From Dicyema japonicum (lineage: Eukaryota; Animalia; Dicyemida): 40,681 nucleotides of DNA. The translations under genes were made by a program, and so were the position numbers. The stretch covers positions 70,094-110,774 of the forward strand of contig RDEW01000090.1 of the NCBI GenBank assembly GCA_011109175.1. The letters run 5' to 3'. Numbering within the stretch: position 1 is the first letter of the stretch; every line of letters begins with the position of its first letter. This document shows, piece after piece, positions 34,701 to 40,681 of the stretch. Under the pieces are notes generated by a model. It had not been told where the DNA came from, searched no databases, and worked only from the letters and a program-made list of their open reading frames with translations.

Positions 34701-36530
34701 TTTAATATATTTAGTCCATTTTACGAGTGGACTTGTATTCCTTTCAGAAGTTGATCAGTAAAAGTTTAATATTCAACATTCGGTTTGAATGAATTTTTCT
34801 TGATACCGAGTCGAATATTTCGTTTACATCGAGTGATTCCAGGAATGATAGTTGATCTGGTCTCATTGCATTGACACACTTTCTCTCCATTGCAAGCAAC
34901 TATTTATTGGTTTATTTGATAGTAGCTACGAGATAAGCGCCAAACTAACGTCAACAGTTCCTTCTATTGATATTCTTAGATGACGTATAGCAAAACCCTG
35001 GACCGGCTTCCTCTGTTCGAAGGATGACTGTCCTCTAACTATTCTACATTGTAATATTATAATTTCAAATATAATAAAATAAAATATTTAATTAAAAAAT
35101 ATATAATAAATAGCGGCATTTTCATTCATTCTGGTGTGATACTAGCCATGGAAGAAATGATACAAACTATTCCTAAGAGCTCAGAATATTCCGAAAAATT
35201 AGTTGACTTTCGATATTTTAAATAGAAATCACAAAGATATAATGATAGATATTAACAATTATCGAATCTACAAACGTTTTTGTCGAAGTTCAATTTTCTG
35301 ATTACTATTGACGAAATTCTCAAAGCCTTTTATAAAAATATTATGAATGTATTTAATAATATGTGTTATTTAGGTGATTACCAAAGACAAGATCCATGTC
35401 TTAATCGGAGTGGCGGTTGAAATGGTGGAGACAATCCATCTAAACTTGGGTGACCAATTTAAAACGTTCTTTTATTTTGTTTAAAAATTATGTTATTTCT
35501 TAGACCATATTTATTATACTTAAGGGTGCAGGTCATGTGAAATCTGAAATCATTCAACACCTGCGTGATTTGACGTTAAAATTGGTTTATTTATTTTTAT
35601 CATATTTTTTGTTTTATTGTGCTTTATACAATTAACCTCATATATTTTATTTGTATTTTTCAGTCACAATTATGATCTGGGAAATATTTTGTAATTAATC
35701 ATCATAATAGCTTACACTGCTTTTCTAATGTTATAACTTTAGACGAACCCTGAGAGTTATTTGAATAATTGATAATTTTTTTTGATGAGAAAAACACGTT
35801 TATACTTATTTAGACCACAAATTTCATTTATCAATATCTGTTGTGTCTCCGTAACCAACTTTCAACGAAAATTCCACAAATAATATTATTTTCAATCCTA
35901 AAAAAACTTGTTAAAGTTTGTTTTGTATAATTTCTAAAGTTGACTTGCAACTCTTTGGATGAAGTAAGGACTGCTTCTTTCAGTGAAATTTATGCCTTTG
36001 TTGTTGTTTTGAGATAGTGTGTAGAAAAAATACATTTCAAATTTAAACAACCACAAACTAAAGAAAGTCAAACTAATTTATAAATTTAGAATGATCATCT
36101 CGTGGAATTTGAAAATTCCAAATTACGGATTGAGTCTTAAAATCTAACCGGTTTTCTGAAATTTTCATTTTAGTCTGAAATATCGGCCAGTTGGGGAAAG
36201 TCTATCTGGGTTGGAAAAGGAAGCGACTCCTCTTATTCAAAAATTCAGACGCATAGAACGAATAACGATTGTAATTGATAAATTTTAACATTTAGAATAC
36301 TTCTGACGAGGATCAACAGGAGGGAAATACAAAATTTGTTTATCCACTTTTTAATTTTAGAATTTTCCAGCCAATACGAGTTCCATGACAAAACAAGTGA
36401 CTGTATTTCCAAGTTTTATTAAAATAGTTCACAAAATGGAAATTTGACAAACCGAGTGCTTTGCATTTGGAAGAACTAAAATTATATTTTAACCAGAATT
36501 TCCCAGCTGATGTTTCAAACAAGCTACTTT

Positions 36531-36907
36531 NNNNNNNNNNNNNNNNNNNNNNNNNNNNNNNNNNNNNNNNNNNNNNNNNNNNNNNNNNNNNNNNNNNNNN
36601 NNNNNNNNNNNNNNNNNNNNNNNNNNNNNNNNNNNNNNNNNNNNNNNNNNNNNNNNNNNNNNNNNNNNNNNNNNNNNNNNNNNNNNNNNNNNNNNNNNNN
36701 NNNNNNNNNNNNNNNNNNNNNNNNNNNNNNNNNNNNNNNNNNNNNNNNNNNNNNNNNNNNNNNNNNNNNNNNNNNNNNNNNNNNNNNNNNNNNNNNNNNN
36801 NNNNNNNNNNNNNNNNNNNNNNNNNNNNNNNNNNNNNNNNNNNNNNNNNNNNNNNNNNNNNNNNNNNNNNNNNNNNNNNNNNNNNNNNNNNNNNNNNNNN
36901 NNNNNNN
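36531..36907. other. Assembly gap
   Basis: Run of N. Confidence 1.
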
Positions 36908-36989
36908 AAAAAAATTAAATTTTTAAGATGTGTAAAACTAAGTACAAAAATTGGTAATTTAATGCCCAAATTTTTATTAATAAAAAAAT

Positions 36990-37430
36990 GAATTCTTAAT
37001 TATTATTGTTTTTGCATATATCATCAATATCAGGTCGAATGGTTGACAAAGGCACTCTCATTTCAGCACAAATCGGACGAGAAACAGTATTATCTGACAA
37101 AGGTATCTTCATTATTTTTTGTTCATATTTATGACCAAACATAGTCCGAGCAATAATACGACAAGCAGGGATTATCAAGTTTTCGCCAATAGTGTGAGGT
37201 TTTAGTTGTTTTGCTATCACTTCTGAGATCAGGTATGAACATTTCAATGATTCCTTTGTGTTTAAAAAAGTTTCACTGAACATCAGCGAGCAATAATACG
37301 ACAAGCAGGGATTATCAAGTTTTCGCCAATAGTGTGAGGTTTTAGTTGTTTTGCTATCACTTCTGAGATCAGGTATGAACATTTCAATGATTCCTTTGTG
37401 TTTAAAAAAGTTTCACTGAACATCAGATCT
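36990..37430 (-). mobile_element. hAT transposase fragment (Buster/Charlie, ZBED5/8-like) with a 140-bp tandem duplication
   Basis: SYLISEVIAKQLKPHTIGENLIIPAC...IPLSDNTVSR. 37147-37286 is repeated at 37287-37426. Confidence 0.85.
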
Positions 37431-39139
37431 ACGATTCATAGTAAAAACTAAATAATACTTAATTTGTTTTTTTCAAATGGATAAAATAATCCACAGATTT
37501 TTCGGAATAGTCCGGATGCTTGGAAGTAAAATGTCTCTTTAGTTTGCTAGGAACCATAGCATCATTTGCCGAGACTTCAATGCAAATTAGACATTGAGGT
37601 AGTTTATTTTTATCTTTGCATATAAATCCAAATGACAAATAAGAATCCCTCGAATCTAGGGCTTTCCTCGAACGTTTTTTAATGATGATAAAAGTAAAAA
37701 TGTGGAGATTAAACTGACTTTCTCAATTTTTAATAAAAATGTCGAACCTATAGTGAGCTGGTTAATTGGTTGCATCCGGTTTATTATTTGATATATTTTA
37801 GTTGATTAAGAAAGCTTGTCAATGTGGACTTGATACTGGAAAATATGAAAAAATCTCTTTGCAGACAGAGAAAATTTGTTTTCTTACTTTGATGGATAAT
37901 TTAAAAAAATTGTTGTCTTCAATTATTCATGAATCATTCAAGTGTTACACAGATGTTCAAGTGGTAATTGAATTCCGATAATTGTACTATGAGATGATCA
38001 TGAATGCAATTAATTATACTCCCAGAATTCTGGAGAAGGTTGTCATGCGGTCTGTTAGTCTTATTGTCGATAATTTATTGGATTGCTTAAAATTCAAATT
38101 TGGTAGAATATTGTAACGAATGTATTAAATTTATTATAGTTTGAGTTTAAATAAATTTTAGTATTTGATATCTAAAGGTCACGTTTCTGGTAATAATCTA
38201 ATTGGTGCAAAAATTTATAGCAGTTCTATGATTTTATACTCCAATCATGTGATGAAACAGTTGTCGAAACTTGAAAAGTTTTTTAGCACTTATTTTGAAT
38301 GAATAGTTAGATAAAATTTTGTTTTTTTATTTAGTTTTAGATTTCATTTTATAAAATATGAACTATGATAATAGAAAATATAGTTCATGTTATTATCACC
38401 AAGAGAGAATTAGTTGATGTTGCATGATATTACAGGTAACGGTGGTAATTAGGTCAGTTTTTTATTTTGTACTAATAAAAAAGATCACTGACCATTTTAA
38501 ACAGCATTGGATCGCTCATCTCGAAAATGGAAATTGATAGAAAAGAAAGGAGGTGCCTAATTAACCTCATTTTCTTGCAAATCGTCTTGGGCAGTGCGTT
38601 CTCGATTATGAGAGAAGCCACTAATCGGCCAAGTGGTAAATTGGTGTGCCATTAATGTGTCATTATTTTTTCTTGTTATTAATAATCTTTTTTTTCTTAG
38701 TTTTTAAATGAATAAAATAACAAAATGTTATCTCCGTTTAATCCTTGAAATAAGCCACAGATGGATTGCTAGAAAGTAAGGGAACATGATCTCATCACAC
38801 CCGAAGTCTCGACCGTGAAAGGCTTTGAATACGAAACGTCCTCTGAAGCTTTCTTACTGCAACAAGCGGAGATAAAACATGATATTGAAATCGTTTTGGG
38901 TTTCGCACATGTCGAATATAACTTTATAAGTTAATAATAAACAAAATGTTAATGGAGAGTCAATATTTACGACCACTCAGAACTGATTGAGAGTTACCTT
39001 TCATATGACCAATGTTTTGAAGACTCGCTCTGCAGTTCTGGCATTCACTCATTTGAGTTCTTGTAAGCTGAGCGAATGTTTCAGCGAGTTCCATTAATTA
39101 AACTGAAATTATCTTAATATCTTTAAAAGGTTTATAATA

Positions 39140-39530
39140 CAGTAAACCCTCATTAATCCGAAAATTTCGATGAGTCAGCGAAATTTTACAAAGTTTCCTT
39201 AGAAATAAGCTTCAATAGACCGAAGCTTCATAATCTGCAATCCGAAAGGCAATTATTAAAAATTTCGAATTAATTTATTTTGTTTTTATTCTAAATGTAA
39301 ATGAATTTACTTTTTAAATTTAATGTCTTACAATGCTACGTGGTCAGAAAGAATACCCAAATTTATATTGAACGGAAAAGAAAGATTTCAAAAATAACTT
39401 AATACTTTATTCTTAATTCTCCGATAAAAGAATTATCCCATATCCGATAAAGAAACTTAAAAATTCTTAAAAACAGTGAAACACTGGAAGACTATGAACT
39501 TGATAATTCGCTTGTTGAATGAATCTCAAG
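39140..39530 (+). mobile_element. pogo/Tigger-like element 5' end, truncated
   Basis: TA followed by CAGTAAACCCTC, a pogo-type left terminus. Weak CENP-B HTH-like EDYELDNSLVE*I near 39490-39525. Confidence 0.5.
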
Positions 39531-39544
39531 GAATTCTTAAGTCG

Positions 39545-39680
39545 TCTAGGGAAACGGATCGCTACGCAAAAAGGAGACCCTTGTGAGCGCTGCTGGTTAT
39601 TTGAGCGAATCTCGCTCGCTATCATGAGAGGGAATAGCCACGCAGTCAGGGCACCTTCTATATAACCGTTACTCTATTTC
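39545..39680 (+). mobile_element. CRE-clade C-terminal fragment
   Basis: GDPCERCWLFERISLAIMRGNSHAVRAPSI*; closely similar at the DNA level to the reverse complement of 31372-31450. Confidence 0.7.
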
Positions 39681-39975
39681 CTTTCTTCCTGAGTTCAAGG
39701 TCACTTGGTAGATGTCCATAAGGGCCCGCAATCCGTTTGACGCAAGGTTTTAGATGATATATGCATATTTCGTGTCGACTTTTAACGAGGGAGCTCGTCC
39801 CATTCATTTTCAGGGTACGTATATCAGTCTATTTTGATTGGGAAACACTCGATGACGGAGGGGGGGGTTTAGCTTCCGGACACTATATGATTTATACATA
39901 TTCATCTGACAATTATTAGTGTAATTTACATACATAGTCGCATACATAATCGTCTCGTTATGACATTTTTGAATA

Positions 39976-40681
39976 CAGTTTACCCTCTGTTGCTCGCCAT
40001 TTCTATTTCTAATCTTTTTCTATGGAAAAAGATTCCAATTTTACTAAAGAAATTCCATTACTCGCCACGTTTTAGCATTAATAAATTAAAATTTATTATT
40101 TAAAAAAATAGTTTTTTCAAATATTTATGCCGCCTGTCTTTTTTTGTAACATGAAGAAGTGTTCTAGATTATCTTATGATCAAAAAAAGAAATCATAAAT
40201 TATCCTATTGATAACTCTTCTATATGTTTAAGGCGTGTCTCAGAAATTTTTTCAATGCGTTTCAAAAAATCAATTTCGAGACGTGCAATAAGCGATCTTA
40301 AATTGAATGAAGAGAAGATTCTTGAAATTAATCCAATTTATGGGACAAGTTCTCGTTTTTTGAAACTCAGATATTTATCAATTAATACTGAAATCATTAC
40401 TTGAATGGATTGCATAGAATCAATTGGATTTTGCCTTATTGATAAGATAATTTTATCGAAAGCAACTGAATTTGCTGCATTAAATGGAGTCTCTGAATTC
40501 AAATCCAGTAAAGGATGGCTGGAAACGTCTAAAGAAAGCACAATGTAAAATTACGAATTTTTCATGGTGAATTGGGATATACTGCGGATGAGTTTAAAAT
40601 AGAAATTGAAGACTAAAAAAATTATCTTCTCAAAAATAAATGAATATGGTGCCGAATATGTTTATAATGGTGACGAAACCG
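39976..40681 (+). mobile_element. pogo/Tigger transposon 5' portion (TIR, CENP-B HTH, start of DDE), running off the window
   Basis: TA followed by CAGTTTACCCTC. Then FKKSISRRAISDLKLNEEKIL, DKIILSKATEFAALNGVSEFKSSKGWL, FHGE, and VYNGDETG at the window end. Frameshifted. Confidence 0.85.

Larger units (their letters stand above)
35148..39110 (+). pseudogene. CKAP5: CKAP5/XMAP215 homolog, TOG4-TOG5-C-terminal part, with tiny introns and disabling mutations
   Basis: Removing GT-AG introns (35202-35225, 35349-35373, 35479-35503, 35575-35663, 35691-35710, 35916-35939, 36271-36295, 36338-36360, 36403-36427) joins neighbouring exons in frame. Versus recalled human CKAP5: DKIHVLIGVAVEMVETIHLNLGDQFK vs [33 protein letters not shown] vs GDVRKKA; FTKWKFDKPSALHLEELK vs VLKWNFTTPRDEYIEQLK; SRAFLERFL vs VRAILNRMC; VVMRSVSLIVDNLLD vs QVIRSVNLLVVKVLE; ATDGLLE vs TKEGLAE. 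Confidence 0.7.

Noticed and set aside
2366-37426. CRISPR-like or satellite interpretation of the many direct repeats
   Set aside because: All are two-copy duplications of unrelated sequence, with no repeat-spacer periodicity and no cas genes.
22750-39110. Stop-codon reassignment: TAA at 35253 and TAG at 24006 align to conserved Glu, and one TGA aligns to Trp, reminiscent of the Blastocrithidia code
   Set aside because: Other stops align to unrelated residues, the same gene has frameshifts that no code change fixes, and a ~440-codon RTE frame has no in-frame stops. Pseudogenisation is simpler. A genome-wide codon-to-residue tally (e.g. Codetta) would settle it.

Overview
This is AT-rich eukaryotic genomic DNA from a gapped draft assembly (N runs at 7601-8069, 19185-19629, 36531-36907, plus several single Ns). 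I see no prokaryotic operon, CRISPR array or rRNA. Most of the window is decayed transposable elements: RTE-like and Jockey/I-like non-LTR retrotransposons, CRE-clade and R2/R4-like REL-endonuclease elements, a hAT (Buster/Charlie-type) fragment and two pogo/Tigger 5' ends. Three things are not visible in the ORF track. (1) A + strand, intron-containing, heavily disabled homolog of CKAP5/XMAP215 (TOG-domain microtubule polymerase) runs from about 22.75 to 39.1 kb. It has 20-25 nt GT-AG introns and is split between TOG3 and TOG4 by about 9 kb of nested TEs. (2) A Ginger-like DNA transposon at 12272-13665 has 50-bp TGT...ACA TIRs and a 5-bp TSD; its integrase keeps the HHCC and C-terminal modules but has lost the DDE core. 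(3) A probable tRNA-derived SINE occurs twice, with a 31-bp core identical between otherwise diverged copies. Tiny introns plus an animal-type TE set suggest a reduced animal parasite such as a myxozoan (inference only). All protein assignments come from manual translation and recalled family motifs, not database searches. Edges of degenerate features are approximate.
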